The translations under genes and the position numbers were made by a program. The notes beneath the pieces are model-generated. The model searched no databases. It was not told the DNA's origin and saw only the letters and a list, made by a program, of their open reading frames with translations. 64,000 nt of DNA from an uncultured Candidatus Saccharibacteria bacterium (GTDB lineage: Bacteria > Patescibacteriota > CAZHWT01): positions 314-64,313 of the forward strand of contig CAZKPX010000007.1 in the NCBI GenBank assembly GCA_964554805.1, in the 5' to 3' direction. This document shows positions 40,006-48,791 of this stretch, in pieces (the first letter of the stretch is position 1; the number at the start of each line of letters is the position of its first letter).

Positions 40006-41689
40006 CTGTCTCTCTTCCTCGCTTAAGAGTTCGAAAATGACCGACTTTGCTAGGCATTCTCAAGCTCTCAAATCCAGGATCACTCGTTTTGTCGTCTCTT
40101 AGTAACTCGCAAGTCGCGACGACATCGTTGTGTTCCATTGTCTTCTCAGTGCTCAGGTGAGCTTTTGCATAGTAACTCAGCACCCCAAAATCTGTCAACC
40201 CCTCAAAAGTATCAAAATATTATTGTCATAACAAGCAAAACAATTCACAGCAAAAACGCGAAAGTGCCCGGTTGAAATATCCAACCGGGCTACTCTCTCC
40301 TTTGATTCTGCGCTCCTTCTTGTAAGCTATGGCCAGATCTGCGTTCAATCTAACGGTAGCTCAAAAGCATATGTACTTAGGGTGCATCTGCTGGCTTTTC
40401 ACCAACGTATGACACGATAATGCTGCCATCAATGTAGTAATTAGTGGCACCAGAAACTGCTTCTGGGCCAGGCTCGCGAGTAGCCTTGCCACTTTGCCAC
40501 CAGTGAACAAACCTCTGCCATATGTTGGCAACCAAAAAACTCATGAGAATCCCCCTCTCAGTTTTTCGTGGAATAAATGATGAAATGTCGGATCCAGCAA
40601 TCCAATCAGTAGTGAAGTTTTGCACTACTCATCACCAACAAGCCTGGTTGCTTGTTAAACATATACTAAAACAATAGTTTTTGGCTGTCAAGTCAACCAA
40701 ATGTAATTATATTGATTTTTATGATGGTAATAGGAAAAATTGCCGATTATGTTCAAAGTAGCTATTAAAAGTTGGCAGCTGGCTGGAGATATTCCTCCAG
40801 CCAGCCAGTGCTGACAGCGCCTAGTTGCCGTATTGCGGCCGACCAAGCGGCTCCGACCCGCACTTGCCGCCAGGGCTGATGCGATTGAGGCGGGTGTGGG
40901 TTTCCTCCCTCACTCGGCAGTTTTTGACTGCCTGCTGACGGAAGAACATACTCCTGGTGGGCTTTGTCACCTCTTTGGTGTCAGCCGCGATTCTGGAAGC
41001 CTGGTCTCCGATAACTCCAAAAAACTCATCCGGTCTTGCCACGTCTCGCCTCCGTTGGCGTTTTGGGGCACAATTGCCCCTCTCTGGTCCATCTCTCCAT
41101 TGCAACCCATGGCTGCGGATAGGCCGTCGGCCATTGTACCAAACCATTACTTTACAGGCAAGCAAAAGAGCCCTACCAACCAAACACTTCCGGAAGTAAG
41201 CTTCAAAGTTCAAATCAGGGGCAGATTGACATCTCTGGGGTTGTTTATTTGAGTAGCAATGCAGTAATGTCCATGCGAGTTTGCTCAGGATTTGAGGAAG
41301 TGAGCCGTATTTCTTGTGTCGTGCTGTTTCTCCGAGCAATCAGCCGAATATGGCCATCCGGTGCTATGTACTGGATTTTAATAGTCAGTTTTTCGGGACC
41401 ACGACTGCCTCGAACCGAAGTAATAACTCCCGGCATGATAGTTTGTACTTCAAGCAGGGCCTCAATCGGCTCCAGGGCGGCAATTAAGTTTTCAATAGGG
41501 TGGTGTTTCAGGACAATCTTGCCATACTTCCCACCTCGATGTTGATGAACAGGCATGGAGGTATTATAACGTAAAACGCAAAAGGCAAAAGTCAAAACTG
41601 AAACGAAAAGCTCAAAAGCACTTCTAGGCATAGTTTCAAGTTTCAAAGTATAGCTGTGAGCTTTTAATGTTAAGTTTTGAGTTATCCTC

Positions 41690-42976
41690 CTATTCCAAAA
41701 CAGCCTTGCCATTAAAAGATACAAAATCTGGAACACGCTTAACCGGATAATCTTGAATAGCTCGCGCGGAACTAATAGCATGAGAGCCGTAGCCAGCTTG
41801 AATATCTTGGATAGCTAGTCGCAACTGTCGACCTCGATCGCCATGCCACAGCGTCATCTGCCCATCATCTACGTCCTCCAGCTCAAAGCAGCCTACCGAC
41901 ACCTTGCGAATTGGCCAGCCAATATCAACATACGGATTCGCCTCAGCTTTGCTTATCAAATCCCAAATATACTGATACAACCCATCCCACCCTACAATCT
42001 TGGCCGGACAGCGAGCTTGAGTGTGCCAAAACTGCCATTCGCCCCACATCACATAGACAAACACTCCATCTGCTTGCAGAGATTTTCTGCTCAATCGGGA
42101 TCCAAGTTTATGGCACAGTTTTGAAACAACCGTCTGCAACTCTGCCATATTCCTGGCCGGCTTTGGAAGCGAGTACTCGTGACTCAATGTCCGTCGTTGT
42201 TGAAGGTAGTCATCAACCTCATAGCCATGCATCTTGGCTGCATAATAGAAGCCCAGGATAGATTCAAACGATTGACGAAGAGTGTCGATATTCGCCCGAT
42301 ACATGTCCAGGGGTGTGTAAATGCCATGTTTGCGTAATCGGCTGGCATTTGCTTTAGCTATGCCATGCAAATCTTCTAACTCAAGGCCTGATAGCACCTC
42401 CTCAATGTTCCACCATTGCAATTCTTCTAAACCATCTGGCTTGACCAACCCAGCTGCTTGCTTGGCCAGCCACCGATTAGGCCCAATACCAATTGATACA
42501 CTCATCCACTCCCCGATTTCTTGGCGAATACGTCTCTTCATCTCTTGACCAACAACCAGTAATCCCTGTTCCATCGCAGGTGTATGACCTAAATGAAGTG
42601 CAATTTCGTCAATGCTTCTGACTTCCATGCGGGGTGTATAGCTATAGCAGATCTTAGCCAGTTCTTTATTGATCCAACGGTATTTGGCCGGATCAGTCTG
42701 CACCACAATAACTCCAGGATAGATCTTTTTAGCCTCACTGACCGACATAGCTGTTTTAATACCGTGTCGCTTAGCCTCGATGCTAGGAGACAAAATGCAG
42801 CTATTGCGTCCTGTGTAAGCTGCCACTACGACGGGCCTACCTCGCAGCAGGCTATTGCATTGTTGCTCAACCGTGGCAAAACACGAATTAATATCAACAT
42901 GCAGCACATCAGACTGCTTGTCAATAAAAGGTAAATGCTCTAGTCCGGGTTGAAGAAGATGGGCAAGAGAAGACAT
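41690..42976 (-). CDS. Y-family DNA polymerase (DinB/UmuC-like, translesion synthesis)
   Basis: N-terminal catalytic motif HVDINSCFATVEQ (DxxxF[FA]xxE) and about 428 aa of polymerase-like sequence. Confidence 0.85.
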   Translation of the reverse strand: MSSLAHLLQPGLEHLPFIDKQSDVLHVDINSCFATVEQQCNSLLRGRPVVVAAYTGRNSCILSPSIEAKRHGIKTAMSVSEAKKIYPGVIVVQTDPAKYRWINKELAKICYSYTPRMEVRSIDEIALHLGHTPAMEQGLLVVGQEMKRRIRQEIGEWMSVSIGIGPNRWLAKQAAGLVKPDGLEELQWWNIEEVLSGLELEDLHGIAKANASRLRKHGIYTPLDMYRANIDTLRQSFESILGFYYAAKMHGYEVDDYLQQRRTLSHEYSLPKPARNMAELQTVVSKLCHKLGSRLSRKSLQADGVFVYVMWGEWQFWHTQARCPAKIVGWDGLYQYIWDLISKAEANPYVDIGWPIRKVSVGCFELEDVDDGQMTLWHGDRGRQLRLAIQDIQAGYGSHAISSARAIQDYPVKRVPDFVSFNGKAVLE

Positions 42977-42995
42977 AAAGCTTAGCTCATAGCTA

Positions 42996-43125
42996 CCTGC
43001 GGTAGCGGATATCGAGACACGGATATTGGATATCGTAAAACACTAGCATCCAGCATCCAGAATCAAGCTCTCGCCATATCCCATATCCGCCACTGGAAGT
43101 GGCCCAGTCCCGTGTCTCTATATTC
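42996..43125. repeat. Intergenic hairpin-containing repeat, family 1, copy R2
   Basis: ATATCGAGACACGG, GGATATCGTAAAAC, CCATATCC, ATATCCGCCACTGGAAGTGGCCCAGTCCCGTGTCTC, collinear with copy R1. Sits between the small upstream ORF and the polymerase start. Confidence 0.6.
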
Positions 43126-43149
43126 GCTTTGCCAAGCAAAGCTATGCGA

Positions 43150-43407
43150 TTACCCCGCCAGCCCGTCATCTATTTGACGAAGAGTGAACTTCATATTGGT
43201 CAAGTCCAAGAGCAGCTCAAAATATTGTCCAGCAGCCACACAGCAATACACAATACAGTCTCGCGCGTCTTGGACCATATTAAAAGTATGGTCTAGCCTG
43301 TCGACCTTATAGTTTTTATTGCGCCACTGTATATACAACGGCATAGCCGGCTGCTTGGCTTCCGATAGGAAATAGACTGATACCGGCTCGTCAATTGTTT
43401 GTCTCAT
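43150..43407 (-). CDS. Hypothetical protein co-oriented upstream of the Y-family polymerase
   Basis: GGAGG RBS 5 nt before the ATG at 43407. 85 aa, no recognised motif; it is not a LexA/UmuD-like S24 peptidase. Confidence 0.4.
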   Translation of the reverse strand: MRQTIDEPVSVYFLSEAKQPAMPLYIQWRNKNYKVDRLDHTFNMVQDARDCIVYCCVAAGQYFELLLDLTNMKFTLRQIDDGLAG

Positions 43408-43603
43408 ATTCCTCCTATGAATTAAAAACGTATAATTCAAACGGCAAAACTTCAACTTTAAGCTATGCAACTAATCACCAAAGCCTAAAATTCTGAGTTT
43501 AATTTTGACTGGTAAGTTTTAACGTTTGAGTTGTATATATAATACCCAAACAATACCCGAATATACAAGAGGCAAATTAACCGAGCTAGATTAAGAGATA
43601 AAA

Positions 43604-44893
43604 CTAGCGCAAGTCGTCTTCAGACTCAAAAAACAAAGGCGGCAAATCTGGTATGGAAGCGTGAGCCGCAGGAGGCGTTTCAGTAGACTCTTCGGCTGCC
43701 GGAGCAGGAGAAGGACTTGGCAGTTGAGTATCTAGCCGAGACTCAGAAGGAGCAAATGTAAGCTGTCGTCGCGGGGCAACCGCGTTGGTCGGACTAGGGC
43801 TGATTTTCTGTAACGGCTCGACAGTTTCTGCCGCTGACGATTCAGCAGAAGCCGACTCAGGCTTCATAGCAACTGCCGAGCCCTGCGCTAATCTTACATC
43901 CAGAGGTAGAGTAGAGGATTGAATTATAGGCAAGTCTTCGTTTGTGGCTTCTTCGGTTGCAACGGGCGAAGTTGGGAGTGACTCTCTTCGGATAGGGGCG
44001 AAAGTATACATGGAAGCCTGCGCAGGGCTAGGCGCAGCAACTGGTGCAGTCTGCGTTTTAGGCAGCAAGTCTCGTAGGTCATTGTCCATATTGGTCGGCG
44101 TTAATACCGGAGTATCTCCGACTTCCGGACCATGAACCCCAGCAGTCTCAACGGCTTCAACTTTCGGAAAGTGGGTGCCTGCATCTTCAACAGAGGCCTG
44201 GCCTCGGCGACTCTCTTGTCGAAGGTTGTAGTAGGCAAGCTCCTCGGGTAAGCCGTCTTGTTCAGCCACTGTTTTGGGCCCTTGATGTCGCTCTAAAACA
44301 GCGTAGAGGCGGAAAGATTGCCCATGTTTTTGTGGGTAATACAAATAATTACCTCTTTGATCAGGGTCCGATATTGAGATGCTTGGGTCGCTGATAGGCC
44401 ATTTTGGCAAGTAGGTTTGCATAACTTCGGCAGCCGGCATATCGTAATGTTGCCATTCATTAGTTAGCGTAATGGCGGTAAAGTAACCTTCCTCGTAACT
44501 GCTGGATAAAGGATAGTGACCATAGCCATCGTAGTAGGCTTCAAAGGCCTCTGTAATCAAGGCCAGATCCTGTCGTCGACGATCATCTCGATGACGAGCC
44601 CGTTTGATCATTATCAGATTGAAGCTGGCCAATGCTCCAGCAAAAAGTAACATGCCGCCCACTGAGACAAGTATCGGTAGCCAAGCCGTGCCCGACTCCC
44701 CACTTTGGGTATCTCCCGATGCCAGCAGCTCACCATTTGGCAAGCTCAAAACTGGGTTGTCCGGCGCAGCTGGATTGGCTTCTGATACCTGAGAAAAAAA
44801 CCATAAGCTATTAAGCAAAACCAAGATGATGAGCAAGCTGCTTGCTAGCCAAATAATGAGACGCCGATGTTGATCAATAAAGGTTCTAATCAT
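43604..44893 (-). CDS. Membrane-anchored pseudopilin-like protein, long paralogue (two TM helices) with Ser/Pro/Ala-rich C-terminal tail
   Basis: After the second TM helix comes RRRQDLALITEAFEAYYDGYGHYP, resembling the GspG/pseudopilin KxDLxxIxxALxMYxxDxGxYP block. Paralogous to 45540-46574, with shared WPISDPSI and YLYYP..GQSF.LYA motifs. Confidence 0.55.
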   Translation of the reverse strand: MIRTFIDQHRRLIIWLASSLLIILVLLNSLWFFSQVSEANPAAPDNPVLSLPNGELLASGDTQSGESGTAWLPILVSVGGMLLFAGALASFNLIMIKRARHRDDRRRQDLALITEAFEAYYDGYGHYPLSSSYEEGYFTAITLTNEWQHYDMPAAEVMQTYLPKWPISDPSISISDPDQRGNYLYYPQKHGQSFRLYAVLERHQGPKTVAEQDGLPEELAYYNLRQESRRGQASVEDAGTHFPKVEAVETAGVHGPEVGDTPVLTPTNMDNDLRDLLPKTQTAPVAAPSPAQASMYTFAPIRRESLPTSPVATEEATNEDLPIIQSSTLPLDVRLAQGSAVAMKPESASAESSAAETVEPLQKISPSPTNAVAPRRQLTFAPSESRLDTQLPSPSPAPAAEESTETPPAAHASIPDLPPLFFESEDDLR

Positions 44894-44898
44894 AAAGG

Positions 44899-45543
44899 TT
44901 AGTAGCAGGCCAATTCAAAGGTATAAATTGCATAGCCCCAGCCTGGCCTTGCTGGATCAACAAACTCTTTTAGTGGTTCGGCGTTGGCTGGCTGAGTATT
45001 GAGCTGACTCCCATCGTAGGGGGGCCGTTGGCAGTAGGCATCTGGCTGCGCCTGGCTATTAAGGCCGGTCCGAGGAGTGCACCAGTTAAAGACTTTGTAT
45101 CCAATGCCCCCCGAAAGATAAATGTAGCCTGATGATTTGCAGCTTGGCGATGCGCCTTGCAGGGGATCGAGTGGCAAGCTCGATAGATATTTTTGTTCCA
45201 CCAAGGCAGGAATCCAATTATCTTTTGTATAGGCTTGATTAGTTTCTGACTCCATCTCCGCCCCATCCCATCCGCAGTTATAGCAGCTATAATAGCCTGC
45301 GCCGCTCGCCACTGGTGGATATTGGCCATCGTGATCGTCAGCGTACTTTTGAAGAGCTTCTTTAAGAACTGTTAAATCAGCTTTGCGTTGAGCGTCTTGA
45401 TTTTCTAGGACAAGCTGGGCTGGGCGACTAGTGGTAAAAATTACGCTAAGTACTAAGCCAATTGCGCAAAATAGTAATAGCCATTCAGCCAAGCCCAGTC
45501 GGCCATAATTAAACGATTTCCATGTTGGAAAACCAGCTTTCAT
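44899..45543 (-). CDS. Membrane-anchored pseudopilin-like protein, short paralogue, Cys-rich
   Basis: Single TM then QRKADLTVLKEALQKYADDHDGQYPP. The C-terminal block YCQRPPYDGS...FVDPARPGWGYAIYT..LAC is shared with 46582-47304. No GFTLIE-type prepilin leader. Confidence 0.55.
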   Translation of the reverse strand: MKAGFPTWKSFNYGRLGLAEWLLLFCAIGLVLSVIFTTSRPAQLVLENQDAQRKADLTVLKEALQKYADDHDGQYPPVASGAGYYSCYNCGWDGAEMESETNQAYTKDNWIPALVEQKYLSSLPLDPLQGASPSCKSSGYIYLSGGIGYKVFNWCTPRTGLNSQAQPDAYCQRPPYDGSQLNTQPANAEPLKEFVDPARPGWGYAIYTFELACY

Positions 45544-46574
45544 TGCTGAGAGCCCTCGGGTAAAATATCGGTAACAGGTAGGTCCATATTCTCATGAATC
45601 GCTTGCTTGGTCGAAACTGCCTGACTTAAAACGCCAAATTGATCCTTGTTGGTACTAGGTACAGCTGGGCTAGGAGCACTCATGGTATCGGGTAGTGGAG
45701 GTTTGACATCAGCCACCACTTCGTCAGCCAAAAAGTTAATCTCAGCATTGATTTCGTGACTGTCGCTGGGGATAGTCTGCTCGACGATCATTTGCTGCAT
45801 AGCTGCGCTCTCGGATGCCATATTCTGTTGGGAGGGTAGGGCAATACTATGCGGTTGCGATGTTGAGTTTGAGTCTGAGCTAAGGCTAGAAATTTTATAA
45901 TTATATGAACCCCAAGCCCGAAGTAGGTTATCTAAGACATTGTAGTCAGTTTGTTCGCCTGGCTTCGGCAACTCCAAGTGAGCATATAGATCAAACGAGC
46001 GACCGGTGTTGCGTGGATAGTATAAATATTGATTAACCTGATTGGAGCCATGGTAGTCAATTGACGGATCGCTCAACGGCCAGTCTTTAATAATCGTTTT
46101 CATCTGGTCAGCATTCGGCAGTCCGTAGTAATTCCAATCCTTGGATAGATTAATACCCGTGTAATATTCCGGCTGATACGTTGATGACATGGGATAGTGG
46201 CCGTGAATAGATTTATAGGTCTCAAAACCTTGGCGAAGTTGCTCAAGATCGCGGCGTCGACGCTCATCCCTTTCAATCTTTTGATGCTTCATATGACCAA
46301 ACAAAGAAAAGCCAGTCAAAGCCAATAAGGCCAGGATAACTAACAGGCTAATACCAATCAGACCACCCAAATTAGTCCCAGATTCAAGCAGCTCAGATCC
46401 ATGTACCTCTACACCGCTAGCCAGAGGCGGCATGACAATACTACTACTATCCAAGACTGGCCGATAATTGGGTAGTATTATATAAAACAACACCAAAAAG
46501 ACCGTCGAAAAAGCAATAATCGCCAGCGAAATAGTTAAAATTAAATTGGTGTATCGCTCAAACAAATGGTTCAT
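45540..46574 (-). CDS. Membrane-anchored pseudopilin-like protein, long paralogue (two TM helices) with Ser-rich tail
   Basis: RRRRDLEQLRQGFETYKSIHGHYPMSS after TM2. ATGA overlap with the downstream gene. Confidence 0.55.
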   Translation of the reverse strand: MNHLFERYTNLILTISLAIIAFSTVFLVLFYIILPNYRPVLDSSSIVMPPLASGVEVHGSELLESGTNLGGLIGISLLVILALLALTGFSLFGHMKHQKIERDERRRRDLEQLRQGFETYKSIHGHYPMSSTYQPEYYTGINLSKDWNYYGLPNADQMKTIIKDWPLSDPSIDYHGSNQVNQYLYYPRNTGRSFDLYAHLELPKPGEQTDYNVLDNLLRAWGSYNYKISSLSSDSNSTSQPHSIALPSQQNMASESAAMQQMIVEQTIPSDSHEINAEINFLADEVVADVKPPLPDTMSAPSPAVPSTNKDQFGVLSQAVSTKQAIHENMDLPVTDILPEGSQQ

Positions 46575-46581
46575 ATAAAAC

Positions 46582-47304
46582 TTATAGGCAAGCTAAACCA
46601 GGGGTGTAAATTGCGTAGGCGTATTGGTATCGTGCGGGGTCAACATACGGCTTAAGCGCCACATCTCTGAATGGGTTGGCAGCTAGTTTGGAACTGTCGT
46701 AAGGTGGTCGCTTGCTGCAGTAATCACTCTTCGGCTTGGCCGTTCCTTGGTTTAGAGCGTATCCAGGTGGAGTGCACTGAGCGATAACTTTGTAGTCAGT
46801 GTTGTATGGTGGGGCAGGGGAGTAGTAGATATAACCAGCAAATGAATTATTGGCGCTAGGCTGGCAGACGGTGCCTCTAAGATTGGCAGGGTCTTGAGGC
46901 AAAGCGTCAATATAGCCATCCTTAACTAAGCCAGGAATCCAGTCATTGGCTCCCTTAGCCTCATATTCATCATAGGTGCAGTTTTCGCACCAATACTCCC
47001 CATTCGTTGAAGGATAAGTGCCTTGGTGAGCAGCTGAATATCGTTCAAGAGCTTGCTGTAAGTCAGTCAGTTGTTGCTGGCGCTCAAGATTCTCAGCCTG
47101 CACTTGCTTTTGGTGAGGATTTATAGCCAAGCTAACCAGAGCTGCTACCAAACATAGCCCAGCCAAAACTGCGCTAATTTTTGATAGCGTAATGCGGTCG
47201 AAGCTAGGAGAGGGGAGCTTTGTAGTTGCTGCAGTCTCCTGATCGGGGGCAGCTGCAGGAGCAGATTGCGTTGTATCTCGTGCTGTTGGGGCAAAATCAG
47301 CCAT
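46582..47304 (-). CDS. Membrane-anchored pseudopilin-like protein, short paralogue, Cys-rich
   Basis: Forty-residue cytoplasmic N-terminus, a TM helix, ERQQQLTDLQQALERYSAAHQGTYPS, and the shared C-terminal YCSKRPPYDSS...YVDPARYQYAYAIYTPGLACL. Confidence 0.55.
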   Translation of the reverse strand: MADFAPTARDTTQSAPAAAPDQETAATTKLPSPSFDRITLSKISAVLAGLCLVAALVSLAINPHQKQVQAENLERQQQLTDLQQALERYSAAHQGTYPSTNGEYWCENCTYDEYEAKGANDWIPGLVKDGYIDALPQDPANLRGTVCQPSANNSFAGYIYYSPAPPYNTDYKVIAQCTPPGYALNQGTAKPKSDYCSKRPPYDSSKLAANPFRDVALKPYVDPARYQYAYAIYTPGLACL

Positions 47305-47451
47305 AGGAATAGTCTACCTGTATGCTTGGCTGGTGTAAAGGTATCGCCATCAGCCATGTTCCGCACATCCTCATAACTTGCTACGCAACAGGCAAGAGGG
47401 TGGCCTCGGTAGGGCCAATGTTGGCTACAGCAAGCGAACCAAATTTCAGTT

Positions 47452-48660
47452 TTGCCTTTTACTCTTGGACTTAGTACCATATATAGTATGCCCGTTAAAA
47501 CAATCAATCTTGACCAGCCCGCTCCTCCGAAAAATAAGCCAACCAAAACAGTTTCTCCCAAATCAAACACCTCAGGTTTCAAAATCTGGCTTACGAAGCA
47601 TCGTCGACTAGTCACTAGCTGTGGTCTTATTTGTATGGTCTTGGCCGCGGCGACTGCCTATGTGGTGATTAATAGTCAGGCATCTTCACCTGTGCCTCAG
47701 CAAACAGTCAAAACTACTCCCACCCCAACGCCAGAAATCCCTACTATCCCTAATCCGCTAAATGGTGTGCTCTATACCAAAGCCGAAGCTGAGATTCACG
47801 CCAACCGTCGGCCGCTGGCTGTGATGGTGGAAAACCATATCGAATCCCGCCCTCAAGCCGGTCTATCCCAGGCTGAGATTATCTATGAAGCAATGGCCGA
47901 AGGCGGTATTACTCGTTTTATGGCGATGTATCTTCACAACGAGACCCCACAAATTGGGCCAATACGATCGGCTCGTCTCCACTATGTTAATTGGGCAGCT
48001 GAATATGATGCTGCTTATGCTCATTGGGGCGGCAGTTCGGAAGCCTTGGCCTACCTACAGAACCACAATCGACCTCAAGACATTGATCAATTTTACAATG
48101 CCGCAGCCTTCTATCGAGACTATGCTGGTGGTCGCTCTCTTGAACATACGGGCTACAGTTCAACCGAAGCGCTGCGGCAAGTCGTAAATGCCAAGGGCCT
48201 AGAAGAATTACCTACGTTCAAATCGTGGCAGTTTAAAAATGATATTGCTCAAGCTGACCGGCCAGCTAGTCAGGCAGTGACAGTCGACTTTTTGGGCAAT
48301 AATGGTTATAAGGGGTTATTTGATTATCGCCCGCTGACCAATGACTACGCTCGTTCAACTGCCGGCGCTCCGCATTTAGACAGCCAAGGACAGCAGCTCT
48401 CTGCCAAAGCCATTGTTTTTCAGTTTCAAAACGTTCTTCAGTTCACGGATAACTCTGGTCATCCAGCTGTCGATGTCACCACCACCGGTTCCGGCCAGGC
48501 TGTTATTATTCAAGATGGTGCTGCCATAGAAGGGACCTGGTCCAAGACTGCTGCCAATGTCAGAACAAGCTTCACCGATGCCAATGGCAAAGATATCCCT
48601 CTAAATCGTGGTTTGATCTGGGTAGTGTCTGTCCCTATCGGCAGCAACTACAGCTACTAA
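47452..48660 (+). CDS. DUF3048-like secreted/lipoprotein-type protein with Pro/Thr linker
   Basis: N-terminal TM/signal, a TPTPTPEIPTIPNP linker, and motifs MAEGGITRFMAMY and AHWGG characteristic of DUF3048. Confidence 0.6.
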   Translation: MPFTLGLSTIYSMPVKTINLDQPAPPKNKPTKTVSPKSNTSGFKIWLTKHRRLVTSCGLICMVLAAATAYVVINSQASSPVPQQTVKTTPTPTPEIPTIPNPLNGVLYTKAEAEIHANRRPLAVMVENHIESRPQAGLSQAEIIYEAMAEGGITRFMAMYLHNETPQIGPIRSARLHYVNWAAEYDAAYAHWGGSSEALAYLQNHNRPQDIDQFYNAAAFYRDYAGGRSLEHTGYSSTEALRQVVNAKGLEELPTFKSWQFKNDIAQADRPASQAVTVDFLGNNGYKGLFDYRPLTNDYARSTAGAPHLDSQGQQLSAKAIVFQFQNVLQFTDNSGHPAVDVTTTGSGQAVIIQDGAAIEGTWSKTAANVRTSFTDANGKDIPLNRGLIWVVSVPIGSNYSY

Positions 48661-48791
48661 CCAACACGCTTCTGGCAACTCGCAAGCACAAGTGACGAGC
48701 ACGAGTAAGGAGTGTTTGTATTGAACATTAGTGAAATATACTCGTCCTCATCATTTCTTCAACCTCCCACCTTCAACCTCCCACCTCCCAT

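Noticed and set aside
40800-41250. tmRNA / SRP RNA / RNase P RNA in the GC-rich patch
   Set aside because: The segment GGGCTGATGCGATTGAGGCGGG loosely resembles a tmRNA 5' end and TTCCGGAAGTAAGC loosely resembles the SRP domain-IV motif. However no tRNA-like 3' end, tag reading frame, P4 (AGTCCGG/CCGGCTTA) or properly spaced domain-IV loops could be found, so the resemblance is judged coincidental.
41300-41345. Group II intron domain V (GAGCCGTAT...)
   Set aside because: Only the 5' half of the consensus is present. There is no complementary ...ATACGGYTC strand and no intron-encoded RT or maturase ORF.
43604-47304. Canonical type IV pilin/pseudopilin genes
   Set aside because: None of the four proteins has a class-III signal (G/FTLIE) near the N-terminus, and all have cytoplasmic N-terminal extensions. 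They were therefore called pilin-like only by the post-helix motif, not as bona fide processed pilins.
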